Shown one piece after another: positions 38,993-50,642 of a DNA stretch of 64,000 bases. Position numbers and translations under genes: made by a program. Within the stretch, counting starts at the first letter, position 1. The number at the start of each line of letters is the position of its first letter. Source of the stretch: a virus (lineage: Duplodnaviria > Caudoviricetes); the IMG/VR virus record IMGVR_UViG_3300028048_000040, positions 1 through 64,000 of that record. The stretch is one strand, 5' to 3'. A model generated the notes under the pieces. It was not told where the DNA came from and ran no database searches. It was given only the letters and a program-made list of their open reading frames with translations.

Positions 38993-40840
38993 ATGGCAGG
39001 ATATGTTGTTGATTCAAATACTATAGCATTCTATAAATTTAGTGATAAAACAGACCCTACACGTAATTCAATTATAGGAAATCAGAATTCGCTGTCACTT
39101 AATAATGATTTGTGGAAATATGGTGATGAGCATTATTCACACAATACTTTATCATATACAGCAGGATCTGTAATTTCTTCTGATAAATACTTTAGTAAAA
39201 AATCGTCACTAACTATTAGATATAATGAAGAAGAAAAAATTCATTCAGCCAATTTGTTTAAAATGGATGATTTAAAATTTGATACGTATATTGGAAAAAG
39301 TTATAATAATAATTATGTAATACAATCAATGACTAAGAATGAATGGACATTAGATTTTTGGTTATATCCAAATTTTATAAGAAATGGAGAAGATTCTATA
39401 AAATTTAGTTCATTTTTATATATATATACAAAGTCTGGATATTCCGAACATGTTAAATTTATGAACGGTTATGCTAGTTCTTTACATACCTTAGGAGTAG
39501 AAAAGTTTGTTTTTGATATAAGGCAAATGAGAATATTTTATTCAGAAAATGATAATTTACCGTATAATCATTATATCTCTACGGCAATAAAAACAAATTA
39601 CTATTTGTATGTTGATATGCTTATTGCTGTAGATTATGGAGCTAGTAGTATGGGTGGTACAACCATGAATAGAGGTATTTTGATACCTTTAAATATACAC
39701 ACAAATTCATGGAATCATATATCAATTATAAGATCAATCGAAAAAGGACCATTAATATCAATAAATGGGCTAATAACTCCGATAATAAAAGATTACAATA
39801 AATCTATCTCAGAAAATGTTATATGTTATTCTACAGGAACTATAATACACATTGGTTCTTTGACAGGGTACATAAATAAGACAAATTTATTAACTACAAG
39901 AGACATAAATAAAGAATATAATATTAATCTAACCAAATCTGGATACACTGAAACTTATTTTTATCCAAATGATCCATATGACACAATACAACTTATACCA
40001 GCTAATGAAGTACAGAAATTTACATGTGATTCATATATTGACAATTTGCGTTTTTCGCAAGCTGCTTTATGGACATCAAACTTCACTCCTCCAGGATTAA
40101 TAGGAAGACAATTTTTTATATATGATGGGTATGCATATTACAATAATGAAAATAATGAGATTGTAAAACTTTCATTTGCTAAATGGGAAGATATATCAGA
40201 AACTGATAAACTAATTTTATTAGAAAAAGTGTCGTATAATAATTTTCCATCTGCAGAACAAATCAAACTTATTCAAACAGACCCATCTAAAGATATTATT
40301 TGTTTAAATTATCAAACTGATACTGTTAGACCAAAATTGACAATAGAAAAGATAGACCAGTCTAGATCAGAAATAGTATATCCAACTAAATTCTTAGATT
40401 ATGGAGCAATACAAGATTATATAAAAAATATCAAAGCAACCGGATCTACTAATGCCACTTCTAATATACGTTTAGCTATTACTAGAGATGGAGAAACTTA
40501 TTATACTTATAATGCCACTAATGTTGCTTGGGTTCCATTAGATAATAGATCTGATGTTCGTACTAGTGGAATATTATTAGATTCGCTAGATGATATTCCA
40601 GCATCATCTTGGAAACAATTTGGATTAGATAAGTTTGCCTTCTCTATATCTCTATCTAAGATGAATGAGGATGATCCTTGTCAAATTAACGATATAACTT
40701 TGAGTATATCATTAGATGAGAAATGGGTTAAAGCAAACAAATCTACTCAAGTTAAATATAAATATATAGGTCCTACTCTTCTAAAGATAAATCTATTAGA
40801 AGAGGGTAAGTATAAAATAAACTATAATGATAGGGGGTGA
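38993..40840 (+). CDS. LamG-like receptor-binding protein, paralog 1
   Basis: WTLDFW, WNHI, YIDNLR..FTPP; conserved C-terminus GKYKINY.D. Confidence 0.7.
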   Translation: MAGYVVDSNTIAFYKFSDKTDPTRNSIIGNQNSLSLNNDLWKYGDEHYSHNTLSYTAGSVISSDKYFSKKSSLTIRYNEEEKIHSANLFKMDDLKFDTYIGKSYNNNYVIQSMTKNEWTLDFWLYPNFIRNGEDSIKFSSFLYIYTKSGYSEHVKFMNGYASSLHTLGVEKFVFDIRQMRIFYSENDNLPYNHYISTAIKTNYYLYVDMLIAVDYGASSMGGTTMNRGILIPLNIHTNSWNHISIIRSIEKGPLISINGLITPIIKDYNKSISENVICYSTGTIIHIGSLTGYINKTNLLTTRDINKEYNINLTKSGYTETYFYPNDPYDTIQLIPANEVQKFTCDSYIDNLRFSQAALWTSNFTPPGLIGRQFFIYDGYAYYNNENNEIVKLSFAKWEDISETDKLILLEKVSYNNFPSAEQIKLIQTDPSKDIICLNYQTDTVRPKLTIEKIDQSRSEIVYPTKFLDYGAIQDYIKNIKATGSTNATSNIRLAITRDGETYYTYNATNVAWVPLDNRSDVRTSGILLDSLDDIPASSWKQFGLDKFAFSISLSKMNEDDPCQINDITLSISLDEKWVKANKSTQVKYKYIGPTLLKINLLEEGKYKINYNDRG

Positions 40841-42581
40841 AGATGTGGATTATGAAATGAATGGAATAACAAAACCTTATCAAATTTATAAATATGATGA
40901 AAATAAAAATCCAATAAATAAAAATGGATTTCAAACAGATGTAGTACATTTATCAGATATTTCAATAAGTCAAAATGATGCTAAAATTGGAACTGGTTGT
41001 CTTGAGATAAAACCAAATAAATGCATATATTCCTTAGACACATGCTTTTCTGAAGAAGACTATGATGATAGTTTCCATAATATATATTATATATCAAATA
41101 AAGAGTTTACTATAGATTTTTGGTTTAGATTTGATAAATCTTATGATACACTAGAACCATCTACTGATTTAGAAGAATATGATGAATATAGTGTAAATTG
41201 TACCAATCCATATTTATTCATATATGGAATATTAAAATCGAATCCTAATGAGCTACAAGATAAACTATTAGAGGTGTTAAAACAAGATCAAAATCAATAT
41301 TACTATGTTCCCGTAGAGACTGCTGTAGGATATAATGCCAATACAGAGAAATTATATGTAGAACAAGTGTATGTAGAAGTTAAACAAAAGCAAGAAGGAG
41401 CAATATATCCAGAAGACACTAAATTCTTTGCCATTGGTAATGGTGAGTATTATTTAAGCTATGTAAATGATGAAATCAATAATATAGTTAATGGAAAAAG
41501 AATATTTGAAATTCCTATATCTGCTAATACATGGCATCACTTATCTTTATCATATAATAAATCTAAAGATGCTACTCTAAGAATAGACTTTGGTTCGGAT
41601 AAAGGAAATGGATATTCTATAGATTACAATGTAACCACATCTTATCCTCCTAATAAACAAGGTCCTATATCATTTGGTCAATATGGAAGAACTTTCTTTA
41701 GAGGACTAAATCCTTGTTTCTTTATAGGAAATCAATATATTCAGAGTGAACAAGAATGGTTACATTGGAAATTATCCATAACTGGTCAAGGAAAGACTTT
41801 TGGTAACTTATATATAGATAATCTTAGAATTGTAGATGGTTATATTGATATAGTACCAGATAAAATGGTTGCTATAATAAACAATGATGCTTATGGAGTT
41901 ATTAAAGGAGTTACTACGCAATTAGCTGTAAACTGGTCTTTATTATCAGCAGATCAAATAATGCAATGTATTAAACTATTAGATCAGGATGCTTATCCAG
42001 ATTTAGATGAAATTAGAGAGTATGTTACAGACCCTACTAAATCTGTAACAATCGAGTCTTATACTGCTAATTATACTAATACTGTATTGAAACTAGTATC
42101 AGATGAAGACCATAGAGCTATAGTAGAACCTAAGAATCTATGGGATATTGGAATCTATGGTGAGATAGAACAAGTTACAGCTGATTATAATATAGAAAAT
42201 AATGGTAAAATCATGATAGCTCCTACCATAGATTTGGTTAATGGAGTATACTTTGGATATGATTTTGTTTTAAATCAATGGAAACCTATAACTGCAGAAG
42301 GAATAGCAGATGGAGGAATAAGGGTAGATCAATTAGGTGCTATTCCTACATTTGCTTGGGCTTCATTAGGAACTAATCTAGCATTTGGATACTATATAGA
42401 AGCATTAGAGCAAGGGGTAGATGTTGCTGAACTAAATGCTATAAATGCTATTTGTGAGATGGATGAGGCACAAGAAGAAGTAGAAGTAGACTACGCTTAT
42501 CTAAATCCAAGCAAACTGCTTATCAAATTCCCAATAGATGGAAAGTTTAAAGTAAATTACTTTGATAAGGAGGGAATATGA
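40827..42581 (+). CDS. LamG-like receptor-binding protein, paralog 2 (exact start uncertain)
   Basis: FTIDFW, WHHL, YIDNLR; C-terminus GKFKVNYFD. Confidence 0.7.
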   Translation: MIGGEDVDYEMNGITKPYQIYKYDENKNPINKNGFQTDVVHLSDISISQNDAKIGTGCLEIKPNKCIYSLDTCFSEEDYDDSFHNIYYISNKEFTIDFWFRFDKSYDTLEPSTDLEEYDEYSVNCTNPYLFIYGILKSNPNELQDKLLEVLKQDQNQYYYVPVETAVGYNANTEKLYVEQVYVEVKQKQEGAIYPEDTKFFAIGNGEYYLSYVNDEINNIVNGKRIFEIPISANTWHHLSLSYNKSKDATLRIDFGSDKGNGYSIDYNVTTSYPPNKQGPISFGQYGRTFFRGLNPCFFIGNQYIQSEQEWLHWKLSITGQGKTFGNLYIDNLRIVDGYIDIVPDKMVAIINNDAYGVIKGVTTQLAVNWSLLSADQIMQCIKLLDQDAYPDLDEIREYVTDPTKSVTIESYTANYTNTVLKLVSDEDHRAIVEPKNLWDIGIYGEIEQVTADYNIENNGKIMIAPTIDLVNGVYFGYDFVLNQWKPITAEGIADGGIRVDQLGAIPTFAWASLGTNLAFGYYIEALEQGVDVAELNAINAICEMDEAQEEVEVDYAYLNPSKLLIKFPIDGKFKVNYFDKEGI

Positions 42582-42582
42582 T

Positions 42583-44331
42583 ATGGCAGATTATATAAAT
42601 ACTACTAATACTATTGGATTTTATAAGTTTAGCAATTCTACTGATTGGGCAAAAAATTCAATCTTAAATCCTTCTATTTATCTTCCACTTCAAGGTTTTA
42701 AAAGAGTTAATACATCTAATAATCAGTGGGGAGATACTGTATTTGGTATAAATCCAACTTTTACAAAAGGTAAATATAAATCTAGACCTTTTGCTATAAA
42801 TTTAACAGAATCAACAGGTATTACGATCAATAATATTAATTTAATAGCTAATTGTATGACAACTGAATTCTGGTTTTATCCAGAAAGAGGATCAAATTTA
42901 ACAGATCCAAATCAATATCATAATGTATATCCAAATGCAATATATCAATTCACTGCTGATGCAAGTAATCCATTTTTATTTGTTTTAAATATTACACAAA
43001 ATTATTCTGATAGAAATAGATATTATACTGGTGATTATTGTTATAGAGTTGACACTGGAGGAACAAGTAGTAATACTTCTATCCATAGAGATATACCCAT
43101 ATATTTAAATTTAGGGTACTGTTGCTATAAAGAGAGATTTGAATTTCAAGCTGTTTATCAAGGATCGGATGGAGCTTCATCTCCACAAGTTAGAATACTG
43201 ACTGCAACTAAAAATTATTGTCCGTCTAACAGATGGTATCATGTAGCAATAACTCAACAACAACTTTCAGAAAGAACTGCAAAAATTTGCTTATTTATCA
43301 ATGGTTCTAAAGTTACAGAAATGAATATAGATTCTGGGTCTACTGCTTATTCCACTAGTAAAGGAGTAAAGTACAAGTATTATCACTATAATAAATTAAA
43401 AATGGGACTCTGTGATCATATATCTATAGGAAATAGATGTTATAGAAATAATGGTATATACGCATATCAATATTATGGACCTAATAATCCTAGTTCTAAT
43501 AATAACAATGCTATGCTATATCCTGGATTTCAAAATATAATAATAGACGATCTTAGAATATCTAATTCTATAGTATATACTGAGAATTTTACTCCACCTG
43601 GTATATCAGGATATCAATTAGTATATATAAATGGTGATGTGTATGGGTATGATGATACATATCAATTTGTCAAGATTGCTTCTGATTGGGATAATAAAAC
43701 TTCAATACAAAAACAATCTATAATTAATACTATGGGATTTGTAGATCTTTCAATAGAAGATATAAAAACTATATCAACAAACCCTTCTGATAATATTCAT
43801 ATAGAGGTCTATGCAACAGACTCTTTACAAAAAACATGTGAAATACCAGAATCTTCTTATGAAACTATAGTTAAACCATCTGAATTATTGCCTAATCCCC
43901 TTCCAGGATCTGATATCAAGAAAATAGATTTTACTTATTCAATATCAACTAGCACAAATTCTGCAATCAAAGTTCTATTAACTACAGATCTTGAAACTTA
44001 TAAAACTTACAATTTTGAACTTAATTCTTGGGTAAATACTCCGTTAGAAGACATATCTTCTTATGGTATACCAATAGATCAAGTTAAGAATATTCCAGAA
44101 GCAGATGTTATGTCATTAGGAGATAATTTTGCCTTTGCTTACTTCTTACATCTGGAACCATATGAAGCAGATTGTAATATAAATAAGTTGGCATTAGATG
44201 TGTCTCTTACATATGCACAAAAACATTGCAATCAATCTATAGCAAACTATGAATATCCTATGTTTAATAAACTTAAAGTAATCTTCTATGAAGATGGTGA
44301 GTTTAAAGTAAATTACATGGACAAACCATAA
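42583..44331 (+). CDS. LamG-like receptor-binding protein, paralog 3
   Basis: TTEFW, WYHVA, IDDLRIS..FTPP; C-terminus GEFKVNYMD; SD favours ATG 42583. Confidence 0.7.
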   Translation: MADYINTTNTIGFYKFSNSTDWAKNSILNPSIYLPLQGFKRVNTSNNQWGDTVFGINPTFTKGKYKSRPFAINLTESTGITINNINLIANCMTTEFWFYPERGSNLTDPNQYHNVYPNAIYQFTADASNPFLFVLNITQNYSDRNRYYTGDYCYRVDTGGTSSNTSIHRDIPIYLNLGYCCYKERFEFQAVYQGSDGASSPQVRILTATKNYCPSNRWYHVAITQQQLSERTAKICLFINGSKVTEMNIDSGSTAYSTSKGVKYKYYHYNKLKMGLCDHISIGNRCYRNNGIYAYQYYGPNNPSSNNNNAMLYPGFQNIIIDDLRISNSIVYTENFTPPGISGYQLVYINGDVYGYDDTYQFVKIASDWDNKTSIQKQSIINTMGFVDLSIEDIKTISTNPSDNIHIEVYATDSLQKTCEIPESSYETIVKPSELLPNPLPGSDIKKIDFTYSISTSTNSAIKVLLTTDLETYKTYNFELNSWVNTPLEDISSYGIPIDQVKNIPEADVMSLGDNFAFAYFLHLEPYEADCNINKLALDVSLTYAQKHCNQSIANYEYPMFNKLKVIFYEDGEFKVNYMDKP

Positions 44332-44346
44332 GAGAGGAGGAATAGC

Positions 44347-44931
44347 ATGGCATCTGAAATTAAGAAAGGATATAGAATACCTGCACCATTGACTACAATG
44401 AATTCTTCTCAAGAATATCCTGTAGCAGATATGGAAGACATTGCAGGAGGTTATCACATAACAAGAAATGTAAATGAAATGTATAATATTCCTCGCTTAC
44501 ATAGAAGAGTAGGAATGGTTTGTTATGTAAGAGATGAGGATCAAGAGTATCGTCTGATTATTAATGCTAGCACACCAACAACTACTAGTGTTAATTGGTT
44601 AAAGATTACAACTCCTGGAGGATCTGGTGGTGGTGGAGGAACCCCAGTAGACATGTCTAACTATGTTACAAAAGCTCTATTTGAGCCAGTTAAACAGAAA
44701 GTAGACAATCTTCCAGATATGACTATGATGGCTACTAAGGTTGATGTACAAATAGTCAAAAATAGTATGCAAACTTATGTTGATAATAAGACTGCTAATA
44801 TGGCTACAATGGATGATTTACCAGATATTTCTCCATTTTTAACTCAACCTCAAATAGAAGATCTAATAGACGAATCAGATAATGATGATGATGTTACTCA
44901 AAGTGAAATAGACGCTCTATTCAGCACATAA
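44347..44931 (+). CDS. virion protein with shared N-terminal domain
   Basis: KGY.IP...YPV.D..DIAGG.H...IP.L.R.VGM.C.V domain. Confidence 0.7.
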   Translation: MASEIKKGYRIPAPLTTMNSSQEYPVADMEDIAGGYHITRNVNEMYNIPRLHRRVGMVCYVRDEDQEYRLIINASTPTTTSVNWLKITTPGGSGGGGGTPVDMSNYVTKALFEPVKQKVDNLPDMTMMATKVDVQIVKNSMQTYVDNKTANMATMDDLPDISPFLTQPQIEDLIDESDNDDDVTQSEIDALFST

Positions 44932-45018
44932 AATAATAAGTCCGGAGTATAACACTCCGGACTTATAAATAAGTGATTCTAGAAAAATCCTTAAATTAGA
45001 AGAAAGGATGATATTTTA

Positions 45019-48000
45019 ATGGCTAGAAATAAAGGCTATTTAGTTCCAGGCACAGTCAAAACATTAGATGATAGAGATAAATATCCTGTCGTTGATGTGA
45101 ATGACATTGCCGGTGCACGACATATTGTGCAATCAGATAATGCCAGACTAAATATTCCTAAACTCCGTCGTAAAGTCGGTATGGAATGTCTTGTTGTTGA
45201 CACCAATACTTTAGATGGTTCAGTGGCATTTAGGCTGTATAAACTTAAAAACAATCCAAACACAGAAGCAACTACTGCAAGTGATTGGGAAGAAATGGCT
45301 GATCTCACTGCAGCTGAGATTGCTAATTTTATTACTGATAGTAATTTAACTACTAAACTTTCTAACTATGTTCAAAAGAGTGATCTGCCTAATATAACAG
45401 ATTATCTTAAAACTGCTGATGCAGAAACTACATATGCTAAGAAAGATGAAGTATACAGTAAGACAGATGCAGATAGTACATTTGCTAAGAAGGCAGATCT
45501 TCCTGAATTCGATAAAATCGTAGTAGACGTAGTAACACCAGATGTATTGAATGTAGCATTCAATACAGATATCAATACCGCAAATGTGTTACCAACTCAA
45601 GTTGATGTAACATATGAAGATGGTACTAGTGGTAAGGTTGATGTAAACTGGAATACTACTACTTACGATAAAGAAAAATCTGAATTACAAGTTGTGCTTG
45701 GTACCCTGGACTTATCAACAGGCACCAAGAATGCTATCGTCACTGCAGTTCAGCATATTATCGTAGGTGCAGATATTCATATTCTTGATGAGATTGTTAG
45801 CACCAATCCTGTTGTGTTAACCGATCTCTATAATACTCCATTTGATAATCTTGAACTTCCTGAGAAGATGAAGGTTAAATATACTGATGGTACTACTGGT
45901 TTCCTTAATATTGATTGGAGTGCAGCTTCTTCAGTATATAATCCTCAGTCATTGACTGAACAAACTCTTGTCGGTGAATTTATCTTAACTGAAAAAGACA
46001 AACAGCCAGTTGTACCTATTGATCCCCCTTCAGCAAAAGTAACCCTATTCCAACAGAAGAAGATTGTTTCTCAGGCAGCGATCAATGATGTTTCTGTTCT
46101 TCAGGAAACTGCATTTGCTGATGCTGGATTCCCAACTAAGAATACAGTAACTCTTGATGATGGTTCTACTGTTGAACTTGATATTGTTTGGAATAAGGGT
46201 TCTTATAACCCACTTACTGTTTCTCATCAATCTCTAACTGGTGAATATGTACTTCCAAAGAATATTACTAATGAGGATGATATTACTCCAATCATTGCTT
46301 TTGAAGTATGTGCTAAACCAGATATTTGTGATGCAGAAGATCCTACTATGGCTCCTGTAAATCTTGGAGTATCTATTAATGATCTTCCACTTCCAGCATC
46401 TACAAATGTAACTATCTTACCTCATGATTATGATGGCGTAAACGTATTGATGACTCAGGGTACAGCCAATATTAACTGGGATTTAACAGAAACTGATTAT
46501 GACCCAACTACTCCTGGCGATTATTACATTACTGGTGAACTTGTTCCTCCTGCAGGAGTAACCAATAAGACAAATATTACTGTTGAAGTAAAAGTAACTG
46601 TATTAGCAGCTACTGGTCCTTCTTATTGGGTAAAAAATGTTCCTATCATTAATCATGCTGATTTGGCAAATGGTTCCAAAATTATTGATGTAGTAGAACC
46701 TGCAACTGTTGATATTACTATTGGTACTAATAGCGGTCCTGACTTTACAGATACTGCTACAGTTGTTTGGACTCCAGATCCTACATTTGATGGTTCTCCT
46801 GCTACAGAAACTACATATGTATGGACTGGTGTGATTACTCCATCTGATCCATCTTATGTTGTTAATGGTAAGAAAGCACAGATGTATGTTAAGGTTCTAG
46901 CTCCTGTGGTGGAAACATATACTTTAGTATCTATTGATGATCCTGTTGGTTCTGCAACAGTTACTGAAGGAGATACATTTGCTGATCAAGATGCTCTTGA
47001 AGCAGCCCTTGGTTTACCAACTCAAGTACAGGTAACTGTACTCAAAGCGCCAGATAATACTCAAACTCAGTATACTGCTGATATCTCTGTATGGAATCTA
47101 ACTAATATTGATAATGATGGAGATAGTGTAATTGATAATGTTGCTTCTCTTAGCCAGCCAATCAAAGTATATGGTACTATTCTCCCAACATCAATGATTC
47201 CTGGTGTAAGTGTAAATACTAATGGCTTAGCAGTTGAGTTCAATGTAACAGTAAATGCAAAACCAGTTGTTCCTGCTACTCGTAGAACAATTAAGAGTGT
47301 AAGCACTACTATTAATCCAATTGATGTAGAATTTGGTTCTAATGTAAATGATGTTAAGACTGAACTGAATACCAATTTCCCAACAGTAGATATTGTTATT
47401 GATGATCCTACTAATGGTGATACTCCAATGACTGGTGTTGCTGTAACTTGGGAAATACCATCAACTGCCGACAATACTCAGGCTAATAGCACATGGTATG
47501 CTATAGGTACACTTGATACTGCTTCTCTTGAAGCTCTTGCTGATCCAGTATATGATGATAATAATATTAGCCCAATTAAAGTAGCTGTAAATGTTGGTGC
47601 TGCTCCTGTTGTTAAGACCATTGATAGCTATGCAATTAAAGGACCTAACACTTCTTTCACTGTAGAAAATGGTACTGCTGAAGCAGATATCCCATTCACA
47701 GAAAATACACTGGATATAGTTGTTGCTAATTGCTTAGTCAATGGTAATGCTGAAACTCATGATTTAGCAGTCACTGCATGGCAACCAGTAACCACTTATG
47801 ATGGTACTACTGCTGGTAACTATGACTTCACTCCAGTATTTGATAATAGTAGCTTGACTACTAATGGTTATACTGGTAACCCAACAATTCCTATAGTTAA
47901 AGTAACTGTAAAAGCTGCTGAAAGTACTGATCCATCAGCTCCTGATCCTGATGTATATGGCCCATCTGCTCCAGTATCTGCTTTAACCAATAAGATTGGT

Positions 48001-48474
48001 ATGTCTGAATTTAGTGATGAGTGCTTCTTAAAATTAGTAGCTCTTGGTGATAATTTAGAAACTGCTTGGATGGGCGAATTTGATGAAAATGATGAAGATG
48101 AACATGTAGATCCAGATACAAGAAGTGTAGATATTAGATACATGGGTACTCCAGTGTATAATATTCCTGGTGGTATTAGAATTCCTGCAAGCTTTGCAGA
48201 TGAATTAGAAACTCCAGAAACTTATACTGCATATCAAGCTAAGCTTGCTGAACTTGGTATTCCTGATGGTACATTTGGAACTGATGGTGCTCCAGTTACC
48301 ATAGTATCTATTAATATCATTCCTCCAGCAAGTAATTCTGCTGCAGATATTGCTTCTGCTAAAACTGCATCTGATATTCAGTTCAGTGCACCTATTCAGA
48401 ATGCTATATTTACAATTCGTATTGCTAAACCTGGCTACGTTATCAAAGCATCTGCTGGACCTAATGCGTATTAA
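45019..48474 (+). CDS. large Ig-like (Big_4-type) repeat virion protein
   Basis: Shared N-domain followed by repeated LP..V.V.Y.DGT....V.W....Y modules. Confidence 0.8.
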   Translation: MARNKGYLVPGTVKTLDDRDKYPVVDVNDIAGARHIVQSDNARLNIPKLRRKVGMECLVVDTNTLDGSVAFRLYKLKNNPNTEATTASDWEEMADLTAAEIANFITDSNLTTKLSNYVQKSDLPNITDYLKTADAETTYAKKDEVYSKTDADSTFAKKADLPEFDKIVVDVVTPDVLNVAFNTDINTANVLPTQVDVTYEDGTSGKVDVNWNTTTYDKEKSELQVVLGTLDLSTGTKNAIVTAVQHIIVGADIHILDEIVSTNPVVLTDLYNTPFDNLELPEKMKVKYTDGTTGFLNIDWSAASSVYNPQSLTEQTLVGEFILTEKDKQPVVPIDPPSAKVTLFQQKKIVSQAAINDVSVLQETAFADAGFPTKNTVTLDDGSTVELDIVWNKGSYNPLTVSHQSLTGEYVLPKNITNEDDITPIIAFEVCAKPDICDAEDPTMAPVNLGVSINDLPLPASTNVTILPHDYDGVNVLMTQGTANINWDLTETDYDPTTPGDYYITGELVPPAGVTNKTNITVEVKVTVLAATGPSYWVKNVPIINHADLANGSKIIDVVEPATVDITIGTNSGPDFTDTATVVWTPDPTFDGSPATETTYVWTGVITPSDPSYVVNGKKAQMYVKVLAPVVETYTLVSIDDPVGSATVTEGDTFADQDALEAALGLPTQVQVTVLKAPDNTQTQYTADISVWNLTNIDNDGDSVIDNVASLSQPIKVYGTILPTSMIPGVSVNTNGLAVEFNVTVNAKPVVPATRRTIKSVSTTINPIDVEFGSNVNDVKTELNTNFPTVDIVIDDPTNGDTPMTGVAVTWEIPSTADNTQANSTWYAIGTLDTASLEALADPVYDDNNISPIKVAVNVGAAPVVKTIDSYAIKGPNTSFTVENGTAEADIPFTENTLDIVVANCLVNGNAETHDLAVTAWQPVTTYDGTTAGNYDFTPVFDNSSLTTNGYTGNPTIPIVKVTVKAAESTDPSAPDPDVYGPSAPVSALTNKIGMSEFSDECFLKLVALGDNLETAWMGEFDENDEDEHVDPDTRSVDIRYMGTPVYNIPGGIRIPASFADELETPETYTAYQAKLAELGIPDGTFGTDGAPVTIVSINIIPPASNSAADIASAKTASDIQFSAPIQNAIFTIRIAKPGYVIKASAGPNAY

Positions 48475-48587
48475 TAATTATTCACTAAGAGGTGTCTATT
48501 ATAAAGATGCCTCTTAGTTTTATATAAATTCATATCTAAAAGAAAGGAGGGTATCCCTTTCTTTTAAATTGAAAGGGAGATTGAGAT

Positions 48588-49313
48588 ATGTTTGCAACTC
48601 CAGAAAGTCAGTTATATAAAAATCAGTATGATTCTTTATTTGAAGACACTGAAAAAAATCCTTACCTCAAATCTAGTAAAGTGGCTTCTAAGAATAAAGC
48701 ATTAAAGTTTAAAGATGATACTGGTAAGAAAGTTAAAAATGTAGTAAATGCTATTAATGCTAATAAAGAAGCGATTGATGCTTTAACCAATACTACTGTA
48801 ACCCAACTTGCTAGTCAGAATACTAAAATTGGTAACCTAGATGGTGATCCAGAATTATATGAGGCATTCCAGGCTACAGGTTATTCTAACTTAGCTGAAG
48901 GTATTATTAATCTTCATGAAAAGACAACTACAGATGTAAAGAACATTGTATTTGTATTTCCAAAAGTAAATACATCTACTATCTTTCCTGAACTTTATAT
49001 TCCATTTGATATGCATTTAGAAAATGTTACGGTACGATTCTCTGTAGAAGATAATCAAGAAATGGAAACATTTACAAACAATATAAAAGTCGTCCTACAA
49101 CATACAAGTAATGACAATCCAACTGAATTTACTACTTTTAAAGAAGTAGTAATGGAAAACACTAATCAAAATTCTTTTATTAGTGTGAATTTTACAGAAG
49201 ACGACGAGATTAGAGATTTGCCTGCTGGAATTATGAAAGCTAGAATTACAGAATTCCCAGACAATATCAAAAATGTTAATATCGTCGTATCAGCAACTAA
49301 AGCTAATATTTAA
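48588..49313 (+). CDS. hypothetical virion-module protein
   Basis: ORF with SD inside the late cluster. Confidence 0.7.
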   Translation: MFATPESQLYKNQYDSLFEDTEKNPYLKSSKVASKNKALKFKDDTGKKVKNVVNAINANKEAIDALTNTTVTQLASQNTKIGNLDGDPELYEAFQATGYSNLAEGIINLHEKTTTDVKNIVFVFPKVNTSTIFPELYIPFDMHLENVTVRFSVEDNQEMETFTNNIKVVLQHTSNDNPTEFTTFKEVVMENTNQNSFISVNFTEDDEIRDLPAGIMKARITEFPDNIKNVNIVVSATKANI

Positions 49314-49325
49314 TTATAAAGGAGA

Positions 49326-49916
49326 ATGATTAACATGGCAGTAGCTCCAATTGTCGAATATTATCGTTTAGAAGGCACAACTGGTTCATATCAGTTTGTT
49401 GATGCTAACAATCCATCTACTCAGCTTGATTTTGGTACTGTAGATGCTGGCACTTCTACTCATGAAGGAACTATTACAAATATTACTTCTAGCCTTGCTG
49501 GCTGTCAAGTATTTGCTATTTTCAATAACAAAAGTGCTACTGGTGGTCCTGTATCTGATATGCAGAATGCTGTACTTAGCGTAGTAGATGATACTGGTAG
49601 CTCTGCTGGTACAGTTTATGAAGGTCGTTGGATTAATGTAGTCCTGAATGATGGTGATGAAAACGATCCTGTTAAACTTGGTAAATATAAAGCAACTACA
49701 GATCATCCAGCTGATACAGAAGAAACTAAACTAGATCTTACTGCTGCTGGTCTTGATGCTGTAAATGATAAAGGCACTATCAAAGGTACTACTAATGGCG
49801 GTACTCTTGCCGATACAACCAACTATGCTATCATTAAGACTTGGGTACATCCTGAAGCTAATGCAGATGCTGGTTCTCATAACTTCCGTCTGCGTACCAC
49901 TTACTCTTATACTTAA
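49326..49916 (+). CDS. virion protein, paralog of 60448 and 60945
   Basis: G.V.A...I(F/W)NN...D...W..V...IKGT.N.G...F..R...Y pattern. Confidence 0.75.
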   Translation: MINMAVAPIVEYYRLEGTTGSYQFVDANNPSTQLDFGTVDAGTSTHEGTITNITSSLAGCQVFAIFNNKSATGGPVSDMQNAVLSVVDDTGSSAGTVYEGRWINVVLNDGDENDPVKLGKYKATTDHPADTEETKLDLTAAGLDAVNDKGTIKGTTNGGTLADTTNYAIIKTWVHPEANADAGSHNFRLRTTYSYT

Positions 49917-50008
49917 TAGAAATTAAGACCTTCTACTTATAGTTAAACTTAAATAAACAATAGGTAGGGTGATTTTCATCCTACCTATAAATTTTAAGGA
50001 GGGTCATT

Positions 50009-50626
50009 ATGACAACAACAAGTTTAATAGAAAAGCTAAGATCACCGGAACATGATCAGGCTTATATTTATTATGCTGAATACTATGATGGAACTAAACT
50101 ATATGAATATGATAATAGTCATATTCATACAGATTTTAAAGACATTGATCAATCCAAAGTAAAATACTTTGGATTAATTGGTAATGGAATGAAAATCTAT
50201 TGGGATATTCCTACTGGTATTCTCCATATTGGTAAAAAAGAGTTTATGATTAGATTATCATCCAATGCATCTGTATTGCCCATGATTGGAGTTAAGAAAG
50301 ATCTTATTACTTTTAAGATGGCTCATACTGATAGTGTTATTAGTGGTGGAGTTATTCAAAAGAGTGAAAAGGGTAATGTTATAGATTCATATTTTATTGG
50401 ATTTAAGATGAATCTAGATTCTGTCTATACTCAGATTCTATTTGGTATTCCTATGACAGGACCAGATAGAAAACCATTCTTTGGCGTAAGAATCTCTAAT
50501 AAGAATAATGAGAATTATACTGCAGAATTGGTTGGATTAACTGGAGAAGACAAATCTGGATTTACTAAAAAAGAAATCAAACTTAAAGATGGTAAATCAT
50601 CTGCAATTGAGTTATATTTTAATTAA
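50009..50626 (+). CDS. hypothetical protein, paralog of 61504
   Basis: Q.YI..A....G...YEY...GLIG.G...ID.Y..G. Confidence 0.7.
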   Translation: MTTTSLIEKLRSPEHDQAYIYYAEYYDGTKLYEYDNSHIHTDFKDIDQSKVKYFGLIGNGMKIYWDIPTGILHIGKKEFMIRLSSNASVLPMIGVKKDLITFKMAHTDSVISGGVIQKSEKGNVIDSYFIGFKMNLDSVYTQILFGIPMTGPDRKPFFGVRISNKNNENYTAELVGLTGEDKSGFTKKEIKLKDGKSSAIELYFN

Positions 50627-50642
50627 TACGAGGTGAATATTA

